Under the pieces are notes generated by a model. That model had not been told where the DNA came from, did not search any database, and saw only the letters and a program-made list of their open reading frames with translations. Positions 1-9,223 of a stretch of DNA of 22,881 bases are shown here, one piece after another. The position numbers and the translations under genes are program-made. Numbering within the stretch: the stretch's first letter is position 1; each line of letters begins with the position of its first letter. Source of the stretch: a virus (Duplodnaviria; Heunggongvirae; Uroviricota; Caudoviricetes); IMG/VR virus record IMGVR_UViG_2734482777_000003; one strand, given 5' to 3'.

Positions 1-1325
1 CCCCGGCTGGTACAGCCAAAGGCATCCATCTTCGTGACATTACGACCGTAACGGGCAATGGCCTGCGTGTCCTCCACAAGCTCTGTCGCCGTCTCCCAGC
101 CGTTATCCGGGTCAATCCAGTTCACCTCAACGGCATTATGGCGGTCCTTCAGGGCGCTGAAGCTGTAGCGGAACGGTGCGCCATCATCCGGCATCACCAC
201 ATTACTGCGGTTATAGGTCCACGCCTTATCCGACGGTCGGTCCTGCACGAACGTCAGCGTCTGCCCGTTCCATACCGGCATACAGCGCATCGCCGAGCAG
301 AAATCACTGAGCACATCCCACGCCTTGCGCTGTGTGGTCAGGTAAGCATTACAGGTGATGCGCGGCTCCGTGCCGCCAAAGCCGTCCGGTACTGACTGGT
401 CGCAATACTGGCCGATGACATACAGCGCCCATTTATCCACATCTGCCGCACCAAGACGTTTCCCCATGCCGTAGCGCGGGTGGGTCAGCATATCCCACAG
501 ACACCAGGCCATGTTGTTGCTGTATGCTGGCTTAAACGTTCCGTCCCAGATACCGCTGTATTGCCGCGTCTGCGGGTTATAGTTCGACGGCACCTGCAGA
601 ATACGCCCGCGAAGATGATAATTACGACTCACCTGCTGGCTGCCGAACTGCTCCGAATCCACCTGCACGCCAACCAGTGCCGTGTTCGGGTAGCACTGTT
701 TCACATCGATAATTTCGGTGTATGACGACCAGAGCGTTTTGTTCTGCAGCTGGTCTGTGGTGCTGTCCGGCGTCATCCTGCGCATCCGGATATTAAACGG
801 GCGCGGCGGCAGGTTATCCACCACCACCGAGGCCAGATACTGCGAGGTGGTTTTGCCCTTAATGGTGATGTCTTTTTCCGTCACCCAGCCACCGTTACGT
901 TGTATCTGAACCAGCAGACGGACTTCCGACGGATTCCTGTCACCCTTTGAGGTGGTTTCCACCAGTGCCTGTACACCGAAGGTAAAGCGCAGACGGTCGA
1001 TGTTTGCAGACGTAATGGTGCGGGTGATCGGCGTGTCATATTTCACTTCCGTACCCAGCACCGTCTCGGAACCGGAGGATTCAAAGCCCTCCGGCGGTGT
1101 CTGCTCCTGCTCACCTGCCCGGAACACCACCGTGACGCCGGAGATATTGGTATTCCCCTCACTGTCCAGCACCGGCGTACTGTTCAGCAGCACGCTTTTT
1201 AACCCATCCACCGGACCTTCAACCGGCCCTTCGCTGATGGCATCGATCACACTCAGCAACTGCGTGGACTTCAGGTTGTCCTTCGCTTCGCGCGGGGTAT
1301 GCCCCTTACTGCTGCCTTTACCCAT
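1..1325 (-). CDS. J: Tail tip / host-specificity protein J, N-terminal ~441 codons; the gene continues beyond the window start
   Basis: Minus-strand translation from ATG at 1325-1323 reads MGKGSSKGHTPREAKDNLKSTQLLSVIDAISEGP..., recognised as the lambda gpJ N-terminus. GGAG lies upstream of the ATG. Absent from the ORF track because its stop codon is outside the window. Confidence 0.85.
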   Translation of the reverse strand, partial: MGKGSSKGHTPREAKDNLKSTQLLSVIDAISEGPVEGPVDGLKSVLLNSTPVLDSEGNTNISGVTVVFRAGEQEQTPPEGFESSGSETVLGTEVKYDTPITRTITSANIDRLRFTFGVQALVETTSKGDRNPSEVRLLVQIQRNGGWVTEKDITIKGKTTSQYLASVVVDNLPPRPFNIRMRRMTPDSTTDQLQNKTLWSSYTEIIDVKQCYPNTALVGVQVDSEQFGSQQVSRNYHLRGRILQVPSNYNPQTRQYSGIWDGTFKPAYSNNMAWCLWDMLTHPRYGMGKRLGAADVDKWALYVIGQYCDQSVPDGFGGTEPRITCNAYLTTQRKAWDVLSDFCSAMRCMPVWNGQTLTFVQDRPSDKAWTYNRSNVVMPDDGAPFRYSFSALKDRHNAVEVNWIDPDNGWETATELVEDTQAIARYGRNVTKMDAFGCTSR

Positions 1326-1346
1326 TCGTCATGCTCCATAAACGAC

Positions 1347-1368
1347 AAAACCGCCCGCAGGCGGTTTC
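1347..1368 (-). terminator. Hairpin plus U-rich tract between I and J
   Basis: Minus strand ACCGCC-UGCG-GGCGGU followed by UUUUGUCGUUUAU, upstream of the J ribosome-binding site. Confidence 0.35.
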
Positions 1369-1385
1369 ACATAAAACATTCTGCA

Positions 1386-2033
1386 TCAGCGACCAATCAC
1401 CACAACCTGACCACCGTCACCTTCGTCTGCCGTGCTGATCTCCTGAGAAACCACCCGCGACCCCACACGCATTTCACCGTACAGAACGGGCAGAACATTG
1501 CCCTGGGCAACCATGTTATCCAGTGACGAGAAATACGTGTTCTGTTTGCCGTTATCTGTACTGGCTGCCGTGGGCGTCCTGGCTTTCGGTGCCAGCATCT
1601 GCGCCACACCACCCAGGATCATACTGGCCCCTGCTGCATACATACCCGATACAGCCGCGGCCCCCAGCCAGCCCACAGGGTTCCACCATGCCACCGCAAT
1701 CAGCGCCGCACCCAGCACCGCCTGAAACACACCGCCACTTTTGGCACCCGCCAGACGCGGAACGATGTGGATCACGGCACCATTTGCCAGCGGCTCATTA
1801 AGACGGGCAGACAATTCGGTTTCACCTGCATCACGCCCGGCAATCCGTACCTGATACCAGCCGTCACTCAGTTTCTGACGAAACGCCGGGATCTGCATGG
1901 CCAGCGCCCGGATGGCTTCGGACCCCGTTTTCACACGAAGGTCGATGCGGCGGCCAAATCGTTGTAAATTCCCGTAAAGGCAGATGCGTGCCATGCCCGG
2001 TGACGCCAGAGGGAGTGTGTGCGTCGCTGCCAT
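1386..2033 (-). CDS. I: Tail tip assembly protein I
   Basis: 215 aa ORF immediately upstream of J; C-terminus NGKQNTYFSSLDNMVAQGNVLPVLYGEMRVGSRVVSQEISTADEGDGGQVVVIGR is recognised as lambda gpI-like. Lambda tail gene order M-L-K-I-J is preserved. Confidence 0.85.
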   Translation of the reverse strand: MAATHTLPLASPGMARICLYGNLQRFGRRIDLRVKTGSEAIRALAMQIPAFRQKLSDGWYQVRIAGRDAGETELSARLNEPLANGAVIHIVPRLAGAKSGGVFQAVLGAALIAVAWWNPVGWLGAAAVSGMYAAGASMILGGVAQMLAPKARTPTAASTDNGKQNTYFSSLDNMVAQGNVLPVLYGEMRVGSRVVSQEISTADEGDGGQVVVIGR

Positions 2034-2674
2034 TTGTCGGTATACCTCTCTCGTTTGCTCAGTTGTTCAGGAATATGGTGCAGCAGCTCGCCGTCGCCGC
2101 AGTAAATAGCGGCATGATTCGGCACCGATGAACCAAAGCAGCACAGCAGCACGTCGCCAGGCTGCGCCTCTGTCAGTGCGACACGGTAAAAACCAGTCGC
2201 CTCCATATTGTCAAGATAGAGATTCTGACCGTTACGCCACCAGTCATCCCCGCGATGAAAATCCGGCATCTCAATCCCCGTCAGATGATAAGCATCCCGG
2301 AACAGCGTGTAACAGTCCGTCACCCCGTGCTCAAAGCGCCGCCCGGTGAGATGCGGCACACAGCGGAACTTGTGAATCGCCCCCCGGCAGACCAGCCACC
2401 ACGGCAAATCACTCTGCACCTGCAGCCGCCGGTCAGCCTCACTCAGCCAGGGCAGACCACCGGGGTGGCTGTGGACCAGTGCCACAATCTCACCCTGCAT
2501 CTCTGCCTGCAGCCAGTCCTCCGGAGCCATCCGGAAATAATCCTCCGGCTCACCGGAAATATTCACGCAGGGAAAATATCTTTCCCCCTCCGGCGCTCTC
2601 ACCACGAAGCCGCACGACTCTGCTGGCGCACATCGCCGGGCGTGCGCCAGAATCGCTGATGCTGTCTCTGTCAT
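1931..2674 (-). CDS. K: Tail tip assembly protein K with MPN/JAMM-like motif and NlpC/P60-like Cys/His motif
   Basis: 247 aa ORF between L and I. Contains EMQGEIVALVHSHPGG (JAMM-like HxH) and GVTDCYTLFRDAY...NHAAIYCGDGELLHH (papain-like Cys/His). Its 3' end overlaps the I start by about 100 nt; the exact start is not verified. Confidence 0.8.
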   Translation of the reverse strand: MTETASAILAHARRCAPAESCGFVVRAPEGERYFPCVNISGEPEDYFRMAPEDWLQAEMQGEIVALVHSHPGGLPWLSEADRRLQVQSDLPWWLVCRGAIHKFRCVPHLTGRRFEHGVTDCYTLFRDAYHLTGIEMPDFHRGDDWWRNGQNLYLDNMEATGFYRVALTEAQPGDVLLCCFGSSVPNHAAIYCGDGELLHHIPEQLSKRERYTDKWQRRTHSLWRHRAWHASAFTGIYNDLAAASTFV

Positions 2675-2677
2675 GGA

Positions 2678-3376
2678 TTACTGCGAAAGTTTGTTAATGG
2701 AAAGGAAGCCGCCAAAGTTGCCGACGTTATTGCGAAACTTACAGCCGCTCAGGCATTTACTGCATTTATCCTTCGTGATATCGGACGTCGGCTGGTCATA
2801 TTCATCCGCGACTGCCGGACCGTGATAACCGCACTCATCACCGCGATAGGTCCAGGTGCAGGTGTTGGCCAGCATGATGCGCCCCGGAAAAACAGCGCCA
2901 TCCGTTTCCGTCGGTGTGGACAGCACAAAAGAGGCACTGACCGCGCTCAGTTCGCTGCACTGTTCGATGCGCCAGCGGCTGATCACCTCCTGCTCCGGAT
3001 CGGCGTCACTGTTTCCGTTGACGAAGTTCACCGCATCCAGAAAACGGGCGTAAACCTTACGCCGGACCACCGTTCCGCCGACCAGACTCTGCAGATCTTC
3101 CGCCATCCCGGTGACCATGCCGTACAGATTAGAGACTTTCAGCGTTGGCCTTGCACTGGCTCCTTTGCCGTTCATCTCAAATCCGCTTCCCTGAATGGGA
3201 TAGGCCTGATACTGCCGCCCCTGCCAGGTGACTGGTTCACCTTTTTCGTTCTGCTCATTACAGAAGAAATAACGATCTCCGCCGACCTCTGTCAGATCAA
3301 TTTCCCAGAGCACGACCAGCGCGGATTGCTCCGTTTTAGTGCACTCATTGAGTGTTTCCTGCTGTATATCCTGCAT
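2678..3376 (-). CDS. L: Tail tip assembly protein L
   Basis: 232 aa ORF, the same length as lambda gpL, with a C-terminal cysteine cluster (DKCSKCLSGCKF). Its ATG overlaps the M stop by one base (TGATG). Confidence 0.85.
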   Translation of the reverse strand: MQDIQQETLNECTKTEQSALVVLWEIDLTEVGGDRYFFCNEQNEKGEPVTWQGRQYQAYPIQGSGFEMNGKGASARPTLKVSNLYGMVTGMAEDLQSLVGGTVVRRKVYARFLDAVNFVNGNSDADPEQEVISRWRIEQCSELSAVSASFVLSTPTETDGAVFPGRIMLANTCTWTYRGDECGYHGPAVADEYDQPTSDITKDKCSKCLSGCKFRNNVGNFGGFLSINKLSQ

Positions 3377-3717
3377 CAGTGAGTGACCTCTTCAAAGGTA
3401 CAGTTAAAATCGGTATACATGGCATTATCCGAAATGCTCCACTCCCTGCAGACAACCCGGACAGTCCTGTTGTGTTTTGGCGGACGCCACAAAAAAGCAC
3501 GAATCCCGGCATGACGGGATAAAAAACTGTCCAGCGCGGCACGGGAATATTCATCTGTGACACGAAATACCGGTTTAAACGTTTTCAGATCCGCATTCAG
3601 ACCACCAGCCCGTCGCTGTTCATATCCGTCACCAAACTTTACCGTAATAACTGATGGCTTTCGTGTCGTCTCCATCCCCTCACGGGGGATCCAGTTAAAA
3701 ACTTCAGGCTCAGGCAC
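3376..3717 (-). CDS. M: Tail tip protein M
   Basis: Translation ...EVFNWIPREGMETTRKPSVITVKFGDGYEQRRAGGLNADLKTF... aligns with the lambda gpM N-terminus. I place the start at an in-frame GTG preceded by GGAGGA at about 7 nt spacing, overlapping the H stop. The track's longer 3762 start is an unsupported upstream extension; an ATG at 3732 or 3675 is an alternative. Confidence 0.7.
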   Translation of the reverse strand: MPEPEVFNWIPREGMETTRKPSVITVKFGDGYEQRRAGGLNADLKTFKPVFRVTDEYSRAALDSFLSRHAGIRAFLWRPPKHNRTVRVVCREWSISDNAMYTDFNCTFEEVTH

Positions 3718-6700
3718 TGTACAATCCTCCATCCCGACGCGATGACTGCATAATTGACACAACCCTGCTGTCGATCAGATCCACCAGTCCCCTGGCTGAG
3801 CGCGCATCTATCTCGCCATTGCTCCCTTGATTCTGAATGCTGATGTGATACACGGGAGAATAAACAAATCCACCGCCACCATTCACATTTCCAATGGCCC
3901 TGACCCCAAGAGAGCCGTCCGCTGCCCGTGTCAGTGGCATGATTGCTTCAGGCCCGGCCTCGCCCATCAACCCGGCACCTTTCGCAAAAGCAAAATACGT
4001 CGGTGTATCCACAATAGTGTTACTGTAAGCACTCAGATTTGCCGATGTGTAAACACCACCTTTTGCGTTTGCCACTGCCCCCGAAATCCATCCGCCGACC
4101 GTACCAAGCCACCCTCCGGCACCGGAGAGTGATTTCAGTCCGTTAACAATGGCTGCATTCATCAGAATTTTTGAAACTTCCCGGAGAACTGAACTCCCCC
4201 AGTTCCTCCAGTCCACAACATTCCCGGCCAGTGCATCGGAAATATTTGATACCAGCCCGTCCATCGTGGAAACGACAGCATCTGCCGCCTGTGAAGCATA
4301 ATCGGTGGCACTGTCTGCCCAGTTGGTCAGTCCCTCCTGGAGTCCGGCATTCCAGTTATTACGTAAAGCATCGGCCTTTGCATAATAATCCTGCTGATCG
4401 CTGAGACGCTCTTCCAGATATTTTTTATTCAGTTCTTTCTCCTGTTTCCACAGGGCTTCTTCAATTTCTCCGGCCTGATACTGTCTCAGCAGCTCGTTAT
4501 TTTTCTGCTCAAACGCCTGCCGGATACTCCACATTTCCTGGAGTCGTTCACGCATCCGTGAGCCTTCACCATATCCCAGCAACTGCGCTTCGTCAGATGC
4601 CCGGGCACTGGCATTACTGTCCGCCAGACTGCTCTCATACGCAGCAAGCTGCTCACGAATCTTTTTCTGGTCGATGAGTGCTGCATTCTGCAAAAGCGTT
4701 TTTTTCTGCGCTTCTGACAGGGTTGATAATTCGCCCTGACTGACCTGATATTTCATCTTAGCCAGTTCAGTATTCTGCCCTGCCAGTGCTATTTGTTCTT
4801 TTTGCTGTTTAATCAGCCGTTTATAAATATCTTCTGTTTTTTCAGCTTCGGTCTTTTTATGCGCTTTTGGTTTATTTGCCTGGTTATTTCGCCAGGCATC
4901 CAGTGAGTTATTGATATAATTCTGTCTGGCTGTCTGATACGCCTCTCCCACAAAGCCGAGATCATCCGCAGCATAACCCAGGCGGGCACGCTCACGGGCT
5001 TCCCCCTTCAGGCGGGACAGAGCCAGTTCGCGCTCGCTGTTATTCAGTGCTGTCTGCTGTTTATCATCCAGGGTTGCCTGTGGTAGCCGTAACGGTACAT
5101 TCACCATCCCCTGTCGCTGCTGAAGTAATTCATTACCGAGCCCGAGAAGGCGATTAAACTCGGTATGCTGCCCATTCATGATCAACAGGGACTGATACGC
5201 TTTGTTTTGTTCCGCTGCCTGTTGACGGATCAACGCCACCCGTCGCTCCTCCAGCCCGGCAAGCACATCCTGAATGGATTCCGCTTTGCCCTGCATTTGT
5301 GTGAGACGGGACTGTTCAACTGCCAGTTGATTTGTTGCTTCTGCAAGCCCTTCTGTGACAGTTTTTACCGACGTCATGTGGTTAATCATAAAACCGTTAT
5401 CGGTTGTCCAGCCCGGGTTTGCCAGCACATACTGATAGCCAGCAATTTTTTCCTGTAAGGATTTAATCTTACTTTTCTGCTCGTCAATTAACCTGTTTTG
5501 CTCATCAAGTGCCTGCCGCGTCTTTTCCTCATTATCTGACGCTTCAGGAAGCGACATTGCCGACGTTTTCTGGCGAATTTCGTCGATTGTTGCGGCATAC
5601 TGGCGTGCAGATTCTCTGGCCTGCTCCTGATTCTGATACATCGTGTACCAGGCCGTCGCCCCCAGCATGACGAGTCCCGGCACACCACCAACCAACCCCA
5701 GCGCACCACTTAACAGACGACTCCCCACTGACGTGACAGTATTTAGCGTTGTCTGTGCCGCTGTTCTGGCCGCAATATTACGGGTAAGTGACGCCTGGGC
5801 AGCAGCCAGTTTCGCTTCTGCGGCTGCCTGCCTTTCGGTACCGCGAGCAGCAACAACCGCCTGTTGCGCACGATAAACCGCCGCACGCGCCCTGGCTGTT
5901 GCTATCTGTGTCCCCCGGAGCTGCGCTTCCGCAAGAGCCACTTCGTTTCTGGCTGCAGTAATTAATCCGGCAGTTGCAGATCCAGCAGAAGACGCCATAT
6001 TGCCAAAATATCGGGCTACCCCGACGGCAACCAGAGCACCGGCAGCGGTTGCCACAGTGTCAATATTGCCTGCAATACCATTCAGCACACCGGAGAGCGT
6101 CTTCGTCACTCCGCTTGCCTCGTTCGCACCACCAACCCAGGCCATAAAGGCGTTTTCAACTTTGGTTGCAGAGGATGAAACCGTATCAGGCATTGCCGCA
6201 TATTCATCACGTAATGCCCCAAGCTGACTAATCAGTGCAGGAACAACCTTATCGGCGGTCAGTTTTCCGTTATCCGCCATGGCCTTCAGATCCTTACGGG
6301 CAACCCCCATTCCCGCAGCCAGCGCACGAATAACACGATCGCCGTTCTCATTCACCGAGTTAAACTCTTCACCGCGCAGCACTCCCTGCGCCAGTGCCTG
6401 ACTGAACTGCGTGATCACCGAACTGGCTTCTGCTGTACTGGCACCGGATAATTTCAGGCCCGTGGAGATCGCCTCGGTGACTTTCAGTACCTCCTCAGAA
6501 CTGTAACCATACTCCCGCATGGAAGCTGCAGAACGGGCAAAAAGGCTGGCGTTATCAGAAAACGCCGTCCCCGTTCTCTGGCTGATCGCCATTAATTCAC
6601 GTTGTGATACCTGAAAATCATCACTGGACTGTGAGGCCTGCTTCAGACGGGCATTTACTGAATTCCACTCATCGGCGAGAGAAATAAGATGACCGGTAGC

Positions 6701-6943
6701 AAAAGCCCCGGCAAATGCCCCCGCCATATTCAGTGCCGAAGATTTAGCTGTATTTATCTGATCCGTCACTTCTGCCAGTGCACGCCGCATTTCACGGGAT
6801 GCAGCAGCGGACTGCCGGCCTCCGTTCTGCATGGTACGGTAGTAATCCTGCCCCATACGCGAAGCCCGGGAGATCTCTGACTGGAATGACCGGGAATTTG
6901 CCGAGATTTTAATAATCAGTTCACGTAATGTCGCCACACTCAT
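3710..6943 (-). CDS. H: Tail tape measure protein (1077 aa)
   Basis: Very long ORF in the lambda H position between GT and M, with long Ala/Gln-rich predicted coiled-coil stretches and a Gly-rich C-terminal region. A GTG two codons in is an alternative start. Confidence 0.9.
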   Translation of the reverse strand: MSVATLRELIIKISANSRSFQSEISRASRMGQDYYRTMQNGGRQSAAASREMRRALAEVTDQINTAKSSALNMAGAFAGAFATGHLISLADEWNSVNARLKQASQSSDDFQVSQRELMAISQRTGTAFSDNASLFARSAASMREYGYSSEEVLKVTEAISTGLKLSGASTAEASSVITQFSQALAQGVLRGEEFNSVNENGDRVIRALAAGMGVARKDLKAMADNGKLTADKVVPALISQLGALRDEYAAMPDTVSSSATKVENAFMAWVGGANEASGVTKTLSGVLNGIAGNIDTVATAAGALVAVGVARYFGNMASSAGSATAGLITAARNEVALAEAQLRGTQIATARARAAVYRAQQAVVAARGTERQAAAEAKLAAAQASLTRNIAARTAAQTTLNTVTSVGSRLLSGALGLVGGVPGLVMLGATAWYTMYQNQEQARESARQYAATIDEIRQKTSAMSLPEASDNEEKTRQALDEQNRLIDEQKSKIKSLQEKIAGYQYVLANPGWTTDNGFMINHMTSVKTVTEGLAEATNQLAVEQSRLTQMQGKAESIQDVLAGLEERRVALIRQQAAEQNKAYQSLLIMNGQHTEFNRLLGLGNELLQQRQGMVNVPLRLPQATLDDKQQTALNNSERELALSRLKGEARERARLGYAADDLGFVGEAYQTARQNYINNSLDAWRNNQANKPKAHKKTEAEKTEDIYKRLIKQQKEQIALAGQNTELAKMKYQVSQGELSTLSEAQKKTLLQNAALIDQKKIREQLAAYESSLADSNASARASDEAQLLGYGEGSRMRERLQEMWSIRQAFEQKNNELLRQYQAGEIEEALWKQEKELNKKYLEERLSDQQDYYAKADALRNNWNAGLQEGLTNWADSATDYASQAADAVVSTMDGLVSNISDALAGNVVDWRNWGSSVLREVSKILMNAAIVNGLKSLSGAGGWLGTVGGWISGAVANAKGGVYTSANLSAYSNTIVDTPTYFAFAKGAGLMGEAGPEAIMPLTRAADGSLGVRAIGNVNGGGGFVYSPVYHISIQNQGSNGEIDARSARGLVDLIDSRVVSIMQSSRRDGGLYSA

Positions 6944-6952
6944 TCTCCGGAC

Positions 6953-6975
6953 GAAAAAAAACCGCCGAAGCGGTT
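6953..6975 (-). terminator. Terminator-like hairpin with UUCG tetraloop and U8 run between the T stop and H start
   Basis: Minus strand AACCGC-UUCG-GCGGUU followed by UUUUUUUU, about 10 nt before the H start codon. Confidence 0.5.
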
Positions 6976-6983
6976 ATGTTGAC

Positions 6984-7672
6984 TCACTGAGACACTATTA
7001 AAAGCGCGTTTTCCAGTCCGGCAAATGGATCTGATACGCCTTCTGTCTGCTCCTTCTCCCACTGAAGAAGCGCATCATTCAGTGGCACTTTGACCCCCTG
7101 CGCACCGTAAACAGCTGAAACAATCTGGGCAGCCCGGATATCAGCCCGTTCGTCCCCCAGCGGGCTGAACCTGTCAAATTCTGCCCACATCATGATTTCT
7201 GATGCGGACATTTCCCGGCGTAACTCTGACAATGTGCGCCCCATCCTGAGCGCCAGCATCATCAGAAAACGCATCCCCGGAAGCTCTACTTTTTTTTAAC
7301 CTCGCCGGCATCACTGATCAGTTCCAGAGACTGCCGAAGAAGCCGCGCATGCACCGGGCCATACACGGCAATCACCTGTTCACGATCATCCTCTGAAAAT
7401 ACAGGTTGCAGTCCGGTATCACACAGAACATCAATGAACAGTTCAACATCTGCCTCCAGATTTCGGCGGGCGCGCTCCGCAACGGATAACGGTGTCTCAT
7501 CATCTTTTGCTTTAACGATCTCCTGCCAGCGCAACCAGGCTTCTGCAGAAGGTTCCCGTAATACAACCGTTGCCCCTTCCCATTCAGGCACATCAACAGT
7601 TTTATGGCGAAACCCCGACATCGTTGCCAGTGCTAGATTGCGGATATTTTTAGTCATCACATCTATCCTCAT
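6984..7672 (-). CDS. GT: Tail assembly chaperone G-T fusion made by -1 programmed frameshift (two-frame product)
   Basis: The G frame ends at the slippery site; the -1 frame continues ...KK|VELPGMRFLMMLALRMG... to the stop at 6984. This is the conserved arrangement in lambda-like siphophage tail chaperones. Confidence 0.7.
7286..7672 (-). CDS. G: Tail assembly chaperone G
   Basis: 128 aa ORF directly downstream of V (ATG overlaps the V stop). It ends ...GEVKKK-stop on an A-rich slippery run, with the T frame open in the -1 frame. Confidence 0.8.
   Translation of the reverse strand: MRIDVMTKNIRNLALATMSGFRHKTVDVPEWEGATVVLREPSAEAWLRWQEIVKAKDDETPLSVAERARRNLEADVELFIDVLCDTGLQPVFSEDDREQVIAVYGPVHARLLRQSLELISDAGEVKKK
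7289..7295 (-). other. -1 programmed ribosomal frameshift slippery heptamer A_AAA_AAG at the end of G
   Basis: Minus strand reads GCC GGC GAG GTT AAA AAA AAG TAG. The heptamer A AAA AAG sits in the last two G codons, and the -1 frame is open from here into the T segment. Confidence 0.7.
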
Positions 7673-8376
7673 TAACTGACGGTAACAGTGCAGGAAGTGG
7701 AGGTCACCTTGTTAACAGGGCTTGCTGAATCAGAAATCTCGCAGGTATACGCACCGGCATCACCTGATGCTGCTGATGCCTTACTGAATGTTGCCGCCGT
7801 CTGTCCGGAAACAGGAGAACTACCTTTCTTCCAGACATAAGAATAAGGCGGCACACCACCGGCAGCCTCAACCACCATTTCGAGTTTCGCTCCGGCAGAA
7901 ACCTGCAGCGTGCTGTTTAAATCGACCTTCACTTTCAGCGGCTCTGTCGTCAGCACAGGTTTACCTTTCAGGCGCAGGGAAAACGTTGCAGCCACAACAC
8001 CATTAGTTCCTGCAGACCAGGTATGCTGACGCACCTCTGCCATAAAGGTAAATCCGTTGCCTGACGGAAAAATAACTTTAAAGCCATACGTGGTGTCATT
8101 GTCATAGGCACTGCGCAACGCGTTCTGGGCAGCATTGAGGTAAAAGTTGCCTGACATGGAAATCTCTGACGCGGCACCAAGGCCGTTAATATTTTCCTGC
8201 TCAACAGAACACAGCGTGGTGACATCAATATCCTGCTTTTGTCCTGCGGTAAACTGCACCTCTTTGATTGTACAGCTCAGGCCAAGATAGCTGGCAGAAT
8301 CCAGGGTTTCTGCTGTTACCGGTGCAGACGAAATCATAATTTTCGTCAGTTGCGAACGCTCAAAATTAGAGGACAT
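7672..8376 (-). CDS. V: Major tail tube protein V with C-terminal Ig-like domain
   Basis: Start refined to the ATG of MSSNFERSQ..., preceded by AGGAGA at 5 nt; the track's 8427 start is an extension through the upstream hairpin. The C-terminal segment (VSAGAKLEMVVEAAGGVPPYSYVWKK...) looks Ig-like. Sits in the lambda V position. Confidence 0.85.
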   Translation of the reverse strand: MSSNFERSQLTKIMISSAPVTAETLDSASYLGLSCTIKEVQFTAGQKQDIDVTTLCSVEQENINGLGAASEISMSGNFYLNAAQNALRSAYDNDTTYGFKVIFPSGNGFTFMAEVRQHTWSAGTNGVVAATFSLRLKGKPVLTTEPLKVKVDLNSTLQVSAGAKLEMVVEAAGGVPPYSYVWKKGSSPVSGQTAATFSKASAASGDAGAYTCEISDSASPVNKVTSTSCTVTVS

Positions 8377-8392
8377 ACTCGTCTCCTGAAAA

Positions 8393-8414
8393 TAAAAAAC
8401 CCGCCAGCGGCGGG
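8393..8414 (-). terminator. Terminator-like hairpin plus U-run between the tail-completion gene and V
   Basis: Minus strand CCCGCC-GCU-GGCGGG followed by UUUUUUAUUUUC, directly upstream of the V ribosome-binding site. Confidence 0.45.
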
Positions 8415-8435
8415 TGGGTAAAATCATTAACGACC

Positions 8436-8780
8436 TCAGGCTATTACCTGAAATTCAAGCGTGGCTCTGCTCAGACGGGAATCAGGATCATAACCCTGAG
8501 TTTTAGAAATAACGGAGGGTGCAAGTTGCCTTACCGCATCAAGCGCCTGCTCACGGATATCATCTGCGTCATCAGGTACTGTTGCCCAGACATCGATCTG
8601 CACGGTAATTCTGGATTCAGCCTGACCATCAAGCACATCAGATGCAGTGTCTGACACCACAGAAAATACCAGCCATGGCGGAGATACCGCAGGCTTTCCC
8701 TCCGTCAGCGGGACCACATAAGGATAAACCTGTCCTCCGGCCAGTTGAGACAGCAGGGAATACAGTGTGGTCTCCCTCAT
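8436..8780 (-). CDS. Tail completion / tail terminator protein (lambda U position)
   Basis: 114 aa ORF immediately upstream of the major tail gene, ATGA-coupled to the upstream gene. Assignment is by position and size only. Confidence 0.6.
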   Translation of the reverse strand: MRETTLYSLLSQLAGGQVYPYVVPLTEGKPAVSPPWLVFSVVSDTASDVLDGQAESRITVQIDVWATVPDDADDIREQALDAVRQLAPSVISKTQGYDPDSRLSRATLEFQVIA

Positions 8781-9223
8781 TTACTTAAGACCTCATCAAT
8801 AGCCTGATTCATTCGCTGTATGGCAATCTGTGCTGCCAGTTCCTCTGTCGTATCGAAAGCCGGGCGAATGAACGGATGCGCGGGCATGTTTATCGTTCCC
8901 AGCTCCACAAAGCGCCAGTAAAACGCATTTCGGGGATCACTGGCTTTCATGCTGTTATCACTGTTTCCAGTTCGCAGGTTCCGTCCACGAATGTGGACAC
9001 CCGAGATAATTTCCCCCCGACGCTTTGAACGCTGAGTGAGAACAACCACATTTTTCTTCAGTTTCCCGGTTCGTTCCGGCGCACGTTCAACAACTGCATC
9101 CCGCATAACTTCAGCACCGGCACGGGTGGCATCGCGCAGTACCTTATTGTTTTCTGCCCTGCTGAGCGTCTCCAGATCCCGTGCAATATCCGCCAGACCT
9201 GAAAAATCAAGACTGAAATCCAT
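8777..9223 (-). CDS. HK97 gp10-family head-tail joining protein (lambda Z position)
   Basis: About 148 aa ORF whose ATG overlaps the upstream stop. Assignment is by position and size in the neck module. Confidence 0.6.
   Translation of the reverse strand: MDFSLDFSGLADIARDLETLSRAENNKVLRDATRAGAEVMRDAVVERAPERTGKLKKNVVVLTQRSKRRGEIISGVHIRGRNLRTGNSDNSMKASDPRNAFYWRFVELGTINMPAHPFIRPAFDTTEELAAQIAIQRMNQAIDEVLSK

Noticed and set aside
952-1341. Plus-strand ORFs in the first 1.3 kb (138..395, 480..725, 718..909, 952..1341)
   Set aside because: This region is occupied on the minus strand by the J gene, whose translation is recognisable; the plus ORFs are antisense artefacts.
8376-8427. Upstream extensions of track ORFs (V to 8427, Rz to 16672 via TTG, 20742..21101 via TTG, M to 3762, protease to 12033)
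   Set aside because: The extended starts run through terminator hairpins or lack SD sequences, whereas downstream in-frame starts have good SDs or match known N-termini.
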